Source of the DNA: Oligoflexales bacterium
GTDB taxonomy: Bacteria; Bdellovibrionota_B; Oligoflexia; Oligoflexales; Bog-1112
Direction of reading: 5' to 3'
DNA length: 23,457 nucleotides
Assembly: GCA_045105515.1 (NCBI GenBank)
Contig: JBGCDR010000451.1
Location: 1 to 23,457 of the forward strand
Shown: in pieces, positions 1 to 8,158 of the stretch
How positions within the stretch are numbered: the stretch's first letter is position 1
How the letters are laid out: every line of letters starts with the position of its first letter
Position numbers and translations under genes: made by a program
The notes under the pieces: model-generated
What the model was told of the DNA's origin: nothing
Databases searched by the model: none
Seen by the model: only the letters and a program-made list of their open reading frames with translations

Positions 1-33
1 ATACCTTTGCTCATAAGTGAGATTGGCAGACAT
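1..33 (-). CDS. N-terminus of probable IS30-family transposase (partial, MSANLTYEQRY...)
   Basis: The 11 codons resemble the typical IS30 transposase N-terminal HTH start (M..HLT.EERY.I). A good RBS is present and the ORF runs off the window. Confidence 0.55.
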   Translation of the reverse strand, partial: MSANLTYEQRY

Positions 34-135
34 AAATACCCCTTTCTTGCAAGCAGATTAGCCTCATAGACTAAACTAAATCCGCCTTCCGAAGCGATGG
101 AATTTTTTCTTCTGCACTTAATCTAGCAATCCGCC
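1..135 (-). mobile_element. Left end of a probable IS30-family insertion sequence (truncated by window edge)
   Basis: On the minus strand the amidase frame runs into GGCGGATTGCTAGATTAAGTGCA (from 135), which resembles GGC-starting IS30-family ends. It is followed by a Shine-Dalgarno-like AAGAAAGGGG and ATG at 33. A 10-bp direct repeat AATCCGCCTT lies at 79-88 and 128-137, so the boundary is uncertain by about 2 bp. Confidence 0.65.
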
Positions 136-543
136 TTTCAATGGACGACCTTCATAGACCTTACCACTTTGGCCGATCATGTAGTGGTATCCAACATCAA
201 CAAAATTGAAGTCATTAATGTGAAGTTTTTCTATGTCTCGGACTGTTGAATATTCATTTTCAGGATTGATATTTCCCTCAACAGCCAGTTTGCTCCCAGT
301 AACAGTATGATGGAGCGTCGCGATTTCCTTTGATTCGTCTAACGAAATTTGACCAGATGCTAATAAATCTTGATATTTAACAACTAAGTTCCCCCAAGCT
401 GACCTTGGAGTATAGTTGTCACCGAGAAACATCTTGATATCATAAGTGTCTGAAATATTGCTTTTTTTAGGAGTTGTCGGAGATTCTTCTGATGCAAAGC
501 AAAAAGAAGAAAACAAACTGATTAGAATAATGATATTTTTCAT
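118..543 (-). pseudogene. PGRP-like N-acetylmuramoyl-L-alanine amidase (Amidase_2), 3'-truncated by IS insertion
   Basis: Signal peptide MKNIIILISLFSSFCFA from ATG 543. Motifs TPRSAWG, TLHHT, VRDIEKLH and DVGYHYMIGQSGKVYEGRP are PGRP-type. The expected GAH motif and C-terminal half are missing in all three frames, and the frame stops inside the IS end. Confidence 0.75.
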
Positions 544-705
544 CTCAAATCTCTTCATATTAGACATGTGACGCCGACTAAAGTACTTTTTTTCCTTACT
601 AAAGTCTATGAAAAGTAAAAATCGGGGGGAATTACAAAAGCTTGTGAACCAATTGCTAAATTTCGGAAAACTAGCCCTCAATGCCAAGATATCTTATGGA
701 AATGC

Positions 706-1251
706 TTAAAAATTTCGATTAAGAAATTTGCCAAAATAGTGGCTTGTAGAAACTGATAGTACTCCTAAAATGATTCCACCGACACTACCCATGCCAATCG
801 AAGGGCAACACAAGGATGCCGTAGCTGCTGAGGTGGTGCAGCAAGCTAGGAGGTAGCGTAAACTCATGACACAGACTCTTTCAGAACGAATCAGATAGTT
901 CCAGAGGCCCATTGACATTACCATTCCCAAAATAACGCACAAGAAGCCATGATATAGATGGGAGAGGGAGTTCATCAGTTTGGCTAATACGGGCATCCAA
1001 AGTCCCAGGCTGCCGATGGTCAACCCATGTTGTACACCCTGGCTGAAGTCTAGGCCATACCACACACCTATAAAGCATAATATAAAAATGGCAATCGATA
1101 AATATTGAGAACCTGAGGTCCATCCGCTAATCCCATAACTGACTAGCACTATTAATAGAGGATATCTAAGCCAGCTAAAAGCAAGCTTAAGCCTCCGCTT
1201 TTCATAGGAAAGCTTGGCCTTGGATTTTAAATTTGGAGTCCATTCATCCAT
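706..1251 (-). CDS. Multi-pass membrane protein, putative anti-sigma factor
   Basis: About 5-6 hydrophobic segments; overlaps the upstream ECF sigma stop by 8 bp; Cys pairs in LACCTT and SLCCPS. Confidence 0.65.
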   Translation of the reverse strand: MDEWTPNLKSKAKLSYEKRRLKLAFSWLRYPLLIVLVSYGISGWTSGSQYLSIAIFILCFIGVWYGLDFSQGVQHGLTIGSLGLWMPVLAKLMNSLSHLYHGFLCVILGMVMSMGLWNYLIRSERVCVMSLRYLLACCTTSAATASLCCPSIGMGSVGGIILGVLSVSTSHYFGKFLNRNF

Positions 1252-1771
1252 ATTTTTTTTCCCAAGCTTGTTTGAAACGTTTTAAAGCTCGTTCCAAGCG
1301 TTTACGAAATACAGTTCCTTTCACCGGTTCATCATCATTAATTACTTTTAATAAGACATCCTGATCGAGTGGCTTTAAATCCTTAATAAGCTCACGAGCC
1401 TGTAGACGCATTTTTTTTTCAATGACTTTTAGCTCTAGTTCCCAGTTGTTGTCTTTTATTGACTCAATTTTAGTATCCACTTCTTTTCGTCTCAATTTTT
1501 TTTTGTGCAGAGTTTTGCACTCATAGACAACCAGTGTAAAGACCCAAGTGAGTGCATCTTTATTCTGATCGTACTGGTCAGCTCTAGAAAAGACCTTAAG
1601 AAATGCAGCTTGGGCCGCATCCTTTGCATCCTCTTCTTTACTCAAAAAAGAGCCTGCTAAGGACAAACATGGCGGCCAGGAATTCTTGTAAACATAGTCG
1701 AACGCACCACGGTCTCCTTGACCGAGTTTCGCCATCATGATGCTTAACTGTCTTCTTTCCTTGAGGTTCAC
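1244..1771 (-). CDS. ECF-type RNA polymerase sigma-70 factor
   Basis: 175 aa; GDRGAFDYVY, DAKDAAQAAFLKVF and LTWVFTLVVYEC (region 2); region 4 GTVFRKRLERALKR. Confidence 0.9.
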   Translation of the reverse strand: MNLKERRQLSIMMAKLGQGDRGAFDYVYKNSWPPCLSLAGSFLSKEEDAKDAAQAAFLKVFSRADQYDQNKDALTWVFTLVVYECKTLHKKKLRRKEVDTKIESIKDNNWELELKVIEKKMRLQARELIKDLKPLDQDVLLKVINDDEPVKGTVFRKRLERALKRFKQAWEKKYG

Positions 1772-1801
1772 ATGTCATCCATGTTTGTCAGCAACTAAAA
1801 T

Positions 1802-1939
1802 TTAGCAATTATCGCATGAATTGTCGCACTCATGCTCACATGAATGGTTGCAGTGCTCACAGTCGCAGTCAGGAGCACTCATGACTGGACTTGAGAAAAT
1901 AAGAGCTGTTATTAATGAGATTCTTTTCAATAATTTCAT
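1802..1939 (-). CDS. Small secreted Cys/His-rich (metallothionein-like) peptide, 45 aa, not in ORF track
   Basis: Hand translation: MKLLKRISLITALIFSSPVMSAPDCDCEHCNHSCEHECDNSCDNC*. GAGG RBS upstream; Sec-type signal peptide; 7 Cys and 3 His in the last 21 residues; the stop lies 30 bp before the ECF start. Confidence 0.8.
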   Translation of the reverse strand: MKLLKRISLITALIFSSPVMSAPDCDCEHCNHSCEHECDNSCDNC

Positions 1940-2018
1940 GATGATGCCTCTTGTCTAATTTGCTTATTGTTAATGTTCTGATCGTATAGGCAAGAGAACA
2001 AAATTTGTGACAGTTTAG

Positions 2019-2960
2019 CTAAATATTTTTCCGTTCATAAATTAAAATACCTGGCGCGAACTGTTCGACTAACATATTTTTGCTGTCAATTAAACAAGGC
2101 TCACCTTTTAGTAAACTGTGGATATGAGAGGTATTCACTCTTCTAACCTCTTGATCATTAAAATAAAACCATTGTCCCTCAATATTCGTATAGGCTGTTG
2201 AATGGTTTGGGCCTTGGTGGTTTGCCTGAAAATCGTTACCCTCAGCTTCGAGGGGTTCACTTTGGCTTAAATTTGATGAAGAAACAATGCTGGCCAATTT
2301 ATAACTTGCATTCTGAGAAATTCTGATAGTAGTAGGTAGTAATAGTCCCCCTTCAGATTTGCTATGAATCTCTACTAGTTCATAAAGCTTACTCGCGAAG
2401 GGGTTGTCGATCATGATGAAGACATATTTACTAATACTGGTTCGCAAGAGAAGCTTTGTGGTAGCCTGCAAATCTTTATTTTTTACAATTTCTTTTAACT
2501 GCACTGGTGGAAGTAAATTGAATAATTTGTTTGTACTGGGACTGATTTCTTGAATTTCTAAGAGAATCTTTTGAATGATTTCTGTAGGTTCATTGCGTTC
2601 GTTGACAATTCCTTTGTAGGTGCCAAGCTTCACTGATGGTTTGTAAGATCCTTGAATGAAGGAATAAAATATAGGGTTCGCCGAATTTCTGCGGTATGCT
2701 TTCAAAGCTTTTAAGTACGCCTGCAAACTAGGTGAATTTGGTTTTTTCGCAATAGATTTCCTTCTTGCAATTAAAAAATTATTAAAATCATTTAAGTGAA
2801 ACAAGGACTCAAGTGTGGCGTTAGCATAGCAAACACCATCTAAATTGACCAAACCCAGTGGTTTTTCGATTTTTTTTGTACCATTGATTTTTCCGTTTAA
2901 GCATTCAGGATTTGACGTCAGGCTAAGTAAAATTATCACCATAAATACGAGATTTTTCAT
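2019..2960 (-). CDS. Secreted ubiquitin-specific protease-like cysteine protease (peptidase C19/USP)
   Basis: Cys box GLVNLDGVCYANATLESL (cf. GLxNxGNTCYxNSxLQxL); His box NHSTAY...WFYFNDQEV; terminal GILIYER (cf. AYLLFYxR); hydrophobic N-terminal signal. Confidence 0.8.
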   Translation of the reverse strand: MKNLVFMVIILLSLTSNPECLNGKINGTKKIEKPLGLVNLDGVCYANATLESLFHLNDFNNFLIARRKSIAKKPNSPSLQAYLKALKAYRRNSANPIFYSFIQGSYKPSVKLGTYKGIVNERNEPTEIIQKILLEIQEISPSTNKLFNLLPPVQLKEIVKNKDLQATTKLLLRTSISKYVFIMIDNPFASKLYELVEIHSKSEGGLLLPTTIRISQNASYKLASIVSSSNLSQSEPLEAEGNDFQANHQGPNHSTAYTNIEGQWFYFNDQEVRRVNTSHIHSLLKGEPCLIDSKNMLVEQFAPGILIYERKNI

Positions 2961-3257
2961 CTTTAATTACTCCTCATATAAGCACTATGAGCATAGTAAA
3001 CCTCAAGATAGAGCAAGTGAAAATTTTTGCAATCAGTCACAAATATGGTGATGGAGAAACTTTCTTGGTTTCATCAGGATTTGTGCTGAGTAAGACTCTG
3101 AACTATTCTCTCAGTATTGATTATATGAAGAACTATAAACATTTATGCAATAAATAATTATTTTTTTATTTTTTATCCCAAACATCTCTATAGACATCCA
3201 AACTCTATCACTATTAGACTCTACCGCTGTTGTTAGAAATTTCGGGAGGAGCAAATA

Positions 3258-4127
3258 ATGTTAGGTGCAAAGAATCTTCCATTGGTTTTTTTACGAAATA
3301 TAAACTTGTCGACTGCATTGATTTTATGCTTTTTAACTTTTGAGAATTTGTATGCAAGCAATTATCTAGAGGACTTTTTTTCTTGTATAGATGCCAATAG
3401 AAAATGGGATTTCGAGGAATCTCGATGCCTACCTGGAAGAAATTGGAAGAAAGCACCAGGAAAATTACTAAGTGAGTTAGATAGGCCTCTTCTTCAGGAT
3501 GAGGTGGAAAAAGCTGTCGAAGTTATGAAAATGAAAAGCAAGAAAACTATCGCAAAAACTGCCAAGCCAAAAGCAATTCTAATCATTGGTGCTGGTGGTT
3601 CGGGTAAATCGTTTTTATGTGATTCATTGGGGCAGTGGTTTCCAAGTTTTAAATTAGAAGAATACATACAATTTGATGGTGATATTTTGCGGCAGTTTCA
3701 TAGAGGGTTTTTAGAAGCCGCTAAAAATCCTAGTATTGGCTATCTTGATGCTTGGAAGGTGCTTAAACCTCATATCTATACTACAAAAGATAATATATTT
3801 GATTTAGTAATTTCTGAACGTAGGAATGTGATTATTCCTACCAATGTTCATGCGCAAAAGTATTTTAAACTGATGCTGCAAAATGGTTATGATGTGAAAA
3901 TTGTGGGACTCTACGTAGACTTTAAAACAGCCTTATATCGTGGCAAGAATCGCGCAGAATGGACAGGACGAGTTTATCTTGGTACAGAAAAAGAGTGGAG
4001 GACTGGGATTGAAGACATGTACTCTCTAGCTTCAAATCAAAACACCCTTAGCTCTATCATTTTAGATAATAGCGACTTTGATAAGCCTCGTGTGCTTTTT
4101 CGTAAACCGCTACTTTCGCAAAACTAA
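3258..4127 (+). CDS. Zeta-toxin-like P-loop kinase with N-terminal signal/hydrophobic segment
   Basis: Walker A IIGAGGSGKS, FDGDILRQ, GYDVKIVGLYV and RAEWTGR match the zeta toxin/AAA_33 layout. GGAGGAG RBS precedes ATG 3258. Confidence 0.7.
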   Translation: MLGAKNLPLVFLRNINLSTALILCFLTFENLYASNYLEDFFSCIDANRKWDFEESRCLPGRNWKKAPGKLLSELDRPLLQDEVEKAVEVMKMKSKKTIAKTAKPKAILIIGAGGSGKSFLCDSLGQWFPSFKLEEYIQFDGDILRQFHRGFLEAAKNPSIGYLDAWKVLKPHIYTTKDNIFDLVISERRNVIIPTNVHAQKYFKLMLQNGYDVKIVGLYVDFKTALYRGKNRAEWTGRVYLGTEKEWRTGIEDMYSLASNQNTLSSIILDNSDFDKPRVLFRKPLLSQN

Positions 4128-4527
4128 GTTCTGGAGAAAAAAACTGATACCCGTTTTAATTTCTCGGTCTTTTTGATTGCCCGCTTGTATCTCTTAGACA
4201 GTGACTTAGTCCAAGCACATTCCAATAAATGTCATCCGTTTCTTCCTGCTTACTTTTACGATCTTAGGTGAAAGTTCTCTTAATTAGGAAAATTTGGAGG
4301 TATTTGGCCTTTTATATGTAGATCTAAAAAAGGCGTAGTTTTATGCTTTTGGGGGTTGGATAATAAGTTATATTTTAGCCTAAATTCTTCTTTTTTAGGC
4401 CTTTGTACACCCTAAAAGCAATAATACCTATGTAATAATAGATAATTATACTTTGGCGTTTGCACTTGTAGGGAATTCCTATAGAATGTAACTGTTTTTA
4501 TTTTATTTGTTTAAGGTATATGTAATT

Positions 4528-4860
4528 ATGAGTAACAAAGTTTTCGTAGGCGGTCTTAGCTGGAACACAAAAGAAGATGCACTAGACGTTCTTTTTAGCG
4601 AAATTGGACAGGTGTCTTCTGTAAAAATCATTACTGATCGAGAAACAGGCCGCTCCAGAGGATTCGGCTTTATCGAGTTCAGTGATTCACAGCATGCACA
4701 TGATGCAGTCGATCGTCTCGATGGTACTGAATTGGATGGAAGAAACTTGAAGGTTTCAATGGCTCAAGAGCGAGCGCCAAGAGCTGGTGGAGACCGTAAC
4801 AGATCTTTTAATAACCGTGCTAGTGGTGGTGGTGGTGGAAACCGAGGAAACCGCTGGTAG
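4528..4860 (+). CDS. RRM RNA-binding protein with Gly/Arg-rich tail
   Basis: RNP2 KVFVGGL and RNP1 RGFGFIEF; ATG 4528 (MSNKVFVGGLSW) preferred over TTG 4507. Confidence 0.95.
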   Translation: MSNKVFVGGLSWNTKEDALDVLFSEIGQVSSVKIITDRETGRSRGFGFIEFSDSQHAHDAVDRLDGTELDGRNLKVSMAQERAPRAGGDRNRSFNNRASGGGGGNRGNRW

Positions 4861-4913
4861 ACTGATGGCTTAAAACCATCATTATTAATGGTCTGAATTA
4901 AAAAATGATTATC

Positions 4914-4952
4914 AACGATATTGAGGCTTTCAGCCGCAGTATCGTTTTTTTT
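4914..4952 (+). terminator. Rho-independent terminator after RRM gene (possibly bidirectional)
   Basis: Imperfect stem AACGATATTGAGGC-TTTCA-GCCGCAGTATCGTT followed by a T run, between convergent genes. Confidence 0.7.
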
Positions 4953-6577
4953 TAGTTAGTTCCTAAGTAATTGGTATTAGAAGTATTGCGGCGCTTAAGA
5001 TAGAAAAAGTCTCTGCGATTGTTGTCCATGATATAACGGTGACGCTTGATACTTTTTGGATATTTCATGTGCTGATTTAAATACTCTACCTCATAACCCT
5101 TACCAGGTTCATATGAATAGATCGCATTGTGCATATACATATATGCGTTCATATCTAGATGCATAGCCGTCTTACAATCGAAAGCCTGCATAGTTTGAGC
5201 CATGGTTGAAGGAGTTGCTGCAGTGAAAGCCATGAATAAAAGAAAACGCTTTTCACCTTTTTCCTGGATGCAGATCCCAGATCTCATGGTCTTTAATGAA
5301 CGCTCTGCGCTTCCCGACCAGTTGCCTTGTCCCCAGTTGTTGACGTAATCACCTATTTTATAGTTGTCAATTAGCATAACGCCATTCTGTCGTGCCGCTA
5401 ATACTTCTCTTGAGAGTTTATCCTGCATGCCCTTATTTTCAGGCCACTTGTCGATTCCAAAGCTGCCATCGTGCTTAAGATAGGCAGTCGCTAGTCCCGA
5501 AGACATCTTTGCTAGCTCTACTCCTTTTTCGATAAAACCATAGGTCTTTCCTTTGTTAGGCCCACGGTTAATCTTTCCATGCCTGGTTTTGAAACCTCCA
5601 ATGAAAACTCCTACTGACTGACCAAGTTCATAGGGGGGGATGCTGCCAATTGGTACTAACTTATCCTTAAACTCTGGATTGGTTACTTTAGGCTCTTCTG
5701 TACCAACGGTGTACTCAGGAGCATACATACCTAAATCGTATGCAGTCATGTATACACGCATTTTCTTTTCATCAGCAGTTATTGGGTTTGCCTTGTGTTT
5801 GTCTACTTTGATAACCTCAGGATGGATAAGACCTGGCTTAAATAAACCGATGTAAATGCCTGCATGCATTTTAGTCTCGTACCACTTGCCGTATTCTATA
5901 GCTTTTTGTTCAGATTCTAGCTTAATACCAACAAAATGATCGTCGTCGTATTTCATATTATCGTTTTGAGTCATCTTAGGCTCTAATGGTGCATCAACGA
6001 GGTTTATTGATTTATGCTCTACATTTTCAATATATTCACCATCGCTTGGACTTTCAGACATCATTGAAACGAGATATGGTTTGAAGGTATTAATGAATTT
6101 CTCGCCGAATTCTGTTTTTCTTAGCATCTTTGTAGCAGATTCTGTCAAAGATAGTTGCGTGTTTGCAGATCTTTTCATTCTTACATACAAGCGTCCATCA
6201 CAAATCGGCAAATAGGTTTCTTTAAAATTTTTAATTTTCCCTCTAAGGTTTTTTAAAGAACTTTCATTCCACAAATTGCAATGATAAGGAGTAAATTCTC
6301 GTTCCTCTGCAAAAAAGCTGATGCCAGACTTAGTAAGGGTTAGTGGCGTCTTCGGATAACGATTTTGAATATGTAGATCTAAGTTTGTTTTTCCCTCTAA
6401 TGATAAAATAAACCATTTGTTGATGTACTTATTCAGTGAAGTTAATGTTATGGTTTGCGCACCTGTTTGAATATTCTGTATGGTCGTAGTCGTGCTATTG
6501 TCCATATCTTGCTCTTGTGAAAATGCTGAGTTTAAAGAGCTTAAAAACGGAACCATTAATATTAGAAACCTGATCAT
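4952..6577 (-). CDS. Secreted hypothetical protein with C-terminal phosphodiester glycosidase (NAGPA)-like region
   Basis: 541 aa, signal peptide. FIGGFK, ARQNGVMLI, RSGICI and CKTAMHLDMN resemble the RTAIG...AxNLDGG layout. Confidence 0.55.
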   Translation of the reverse strand: MIRFLILMVPFLSSLNSAFSQEQDMDNSTTTTIQNIQTGAQTITLTSLNKYINKWFILSLEGKTNLDLHIQNRYPKTPLTLTKSGISFFAEEREFTPYHCNLWNESSLKNLRGKIKNFKETYLPICDGRLYVRMKRSANTQLSLTESATKMLRKTEFGEKFINTFKPYLVSMMSESPSDGEYIENVEHKSINLVDAPLEPKMTQNDNMKYDDDHFVGIKLESEQKAIEYGKWYETKMHAGIYIGLFKPGLIHPEVIKVDKHKANPITADEKKMRVYMTAYDLGMYAPEYTVGTEEPKVTNPEFKDKLVPIGSIPPYELGQSVGVFIGGFKTRHGKINRGPNKGKTYGFIEKGVELAKMSSGLATAYLKHDGSFGIDKWPENKGMQDKLSREVLAARQNGVMLIDNYKIGDYVNNWGQGNWSGSAERSLKTMRSGICIQEKGEKRFLLFMAFTAATPSTMAQTMQAFDCKTAMHLDMNAYMYMHNAIYSYEPGKGYEVEYLNQHMKYPKSIKRHRYIMDNNRRDFFYLKRRNTSNTNYLGTN

Positions 6578-6961
6578 TGGAAGCCTCTATGCAACTGAGT
6601 TAATACTAAATTTAAAAATTTAAATGTGGATTATGATATTCCATCCCCTTATAAACCTAGATCGGCTCATTTGACCTAAAAGTTTAGTAGAATATATAAT
6701 TAATTTTTCACGTCAGGATTTGATGGGTAGTGCCTGGGCTGAATTCCCTATGATATGAAATAATTGCGCGTATATCTGAATAATAGCTTCCTGAAAATCT
6801 TAGTGAGCATCTAAGTCCATATAAATCATACTAAAATATTTATGTTATTCGATTGCGAAAAGCATGCGAACATTTAAAGCAAAAAACTATTTAGAAAAAC
6901 TGTATAAATCCGATAAGTAACTTGTAAAAAATCAACAAAACAAAGTGTAAAGGGTAGTTGA

Positions 6962-7480
6962 GTGGAAAAATTAAGTAATTTTTATAAAAAGAAAAAAGGT
7001 TTAGTGAATTTAACAATTGTTAGCTTTGGTTTAGCTTTAAGCTGTGTGCTATCCCAAACGGCGCTGGCAGATAATATTGTTGGGGGGGTGATGCCTACCC
7101 GAGGTGGTAATTCATTTGGTTTGGCTTATGACATTGCAGATGGTCAGAGAAATAGCTATGGTGTATTCTTTCGAAGCATTCCGGATAATGATGAGAAAAA
7201 CCAAAATGGCGAAACCTTTATTGGTGGATATTTTAAGGGAATGGTGAATTTTGGAAAGATGTCTTTTAGTGGTTCTCTAGGAGTTGCTTACCATGATTAT
7301 GAAGCTAACGAAGATGAAAAAATCACAGGTTTCGCTTCATCTCTAGGTTATGGTGTGTACCGTGTGATTAAGCCAAATATAAAAATTGGTATTGAAAATA
7401 TGATTTTCAATAATTTAACTGGAGATTTAGAAGGTAGACAAAAAAGCTTTGCTTTGATTGCTATCGACTATAGGATGTAA
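6962..7480 (+). CDS. Outer membrane beta-barrel protein (small, about 8-stranded)
   Basis: Signal ending TALA; alternating hydrophobic/aromatic strands (FGLAYD, YGVFF, LGVAY, LGYGVY, IKIGIE); C-terminal IAIDYRM. Confidence 0.7.
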   Translation: MEKLSNFYKKKKGLVNLTIVSFGLALSCVLSQTALADNIVGGVMPTRGGNSFGLAYDIADGQRNSYGVFFRSIPDNDEKNQNGETFIGGYFKGMVNFGKMSFSGSLGVAYHDYEANEDEKITGFASSLGYGVYRVIKPNIKIGIENMIFNNLTGDLEGRQKSFALIAIDYRM

Positions 7481-7502
7481 TTTCCCATCTAACCAACCCC
7501 AA

Positions 7503-7589
7503 GTCATCCTGAGCGCAAGTCGAGGGATCTCCTACGCTTATAGGGAGGCCTCTCTCCTACATTATCCATTTACCAGTACAGGGATGACG
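7503..7589. repeat. Degenerate REP-like palindromic element (GTCATCCTGAGC...GGGATGACG type)
   Basis: Terminal inverted repeat GTCATCCTG / CAGGGATGAC(G); internal GAGCGCAAGTCGAGGGATCTC and a small hairpin; lies just 3' of the OMP stop. Confidence 0.65.
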
Positions 7590-8158
7590 GCACCCCTTCC
7601 TTCACTCTTATTAAACTACACCATTCATAATTGTCGTCATAATCAAGGGGCCTCGAGCGTGTTAAGAACGCTAGTTTAAATTTCAATCTTTAGTCTTTTT
7701 CCACAGCTATCTTCAGCAAGATTTGCTCCTCAGTGGATCATCTACTCTTTTTCTTGTATTAAGCTAGTCGAGGTAGGTGGTTAATCTGCCAATATAGAGA
7801 ATATCAAATCTGGTTCCTATTCATTAGTTAGACCTCTAAATTTAGTAACAAAAGGCGAGCCTAGTGGCATTCAAAAAACTTTTATTGACTATGTTCTCTC
7901 AGCAGAAAAATTTGTTCAGGAATTAAATTTTATTCCGGTTAATTAAGTTTTTACTTTTCTCGAAGAGCCTCTCTTTTTAGACTACCCATTTCCCTACAAA
8001 ATAAATCCTGTTTGCTGCATTTTTTCACAATTAAAAAACATGTAGCAACCCGATTCACCTGGTTCCGAGCTTCTTAGTAAAGCGTTTGCTAAAATTTCTT
8101 ATTTTTAATATACACAGCATGGTGCTCGAAGATATTGTTGATTAAATAGGAGGTCTTC

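Noticed and set aside
544..687. N-terminal extension of the amidase ORF from TTG 687
   Set aside because: The signal peptide starts at ATG 543; the extension looks like open intergenic sequence.
1981..2012. TGTCACA on the minus strand as an ECF -35 element for the peptide-sigma operon
   Set aside because: No convincing -10 (CGTC-like) at 16-17 nt spacing; cannot be supported without the ECF group consensus.
7590..8158. Long intergenic region as hidden gene or ncRNA, including the 3' part of ORF 7458-7679
   Set aside because: Only short or stop-interrupted frames; the 73-aa ORF reads through the REP-like element; no recognisable RNA motif.
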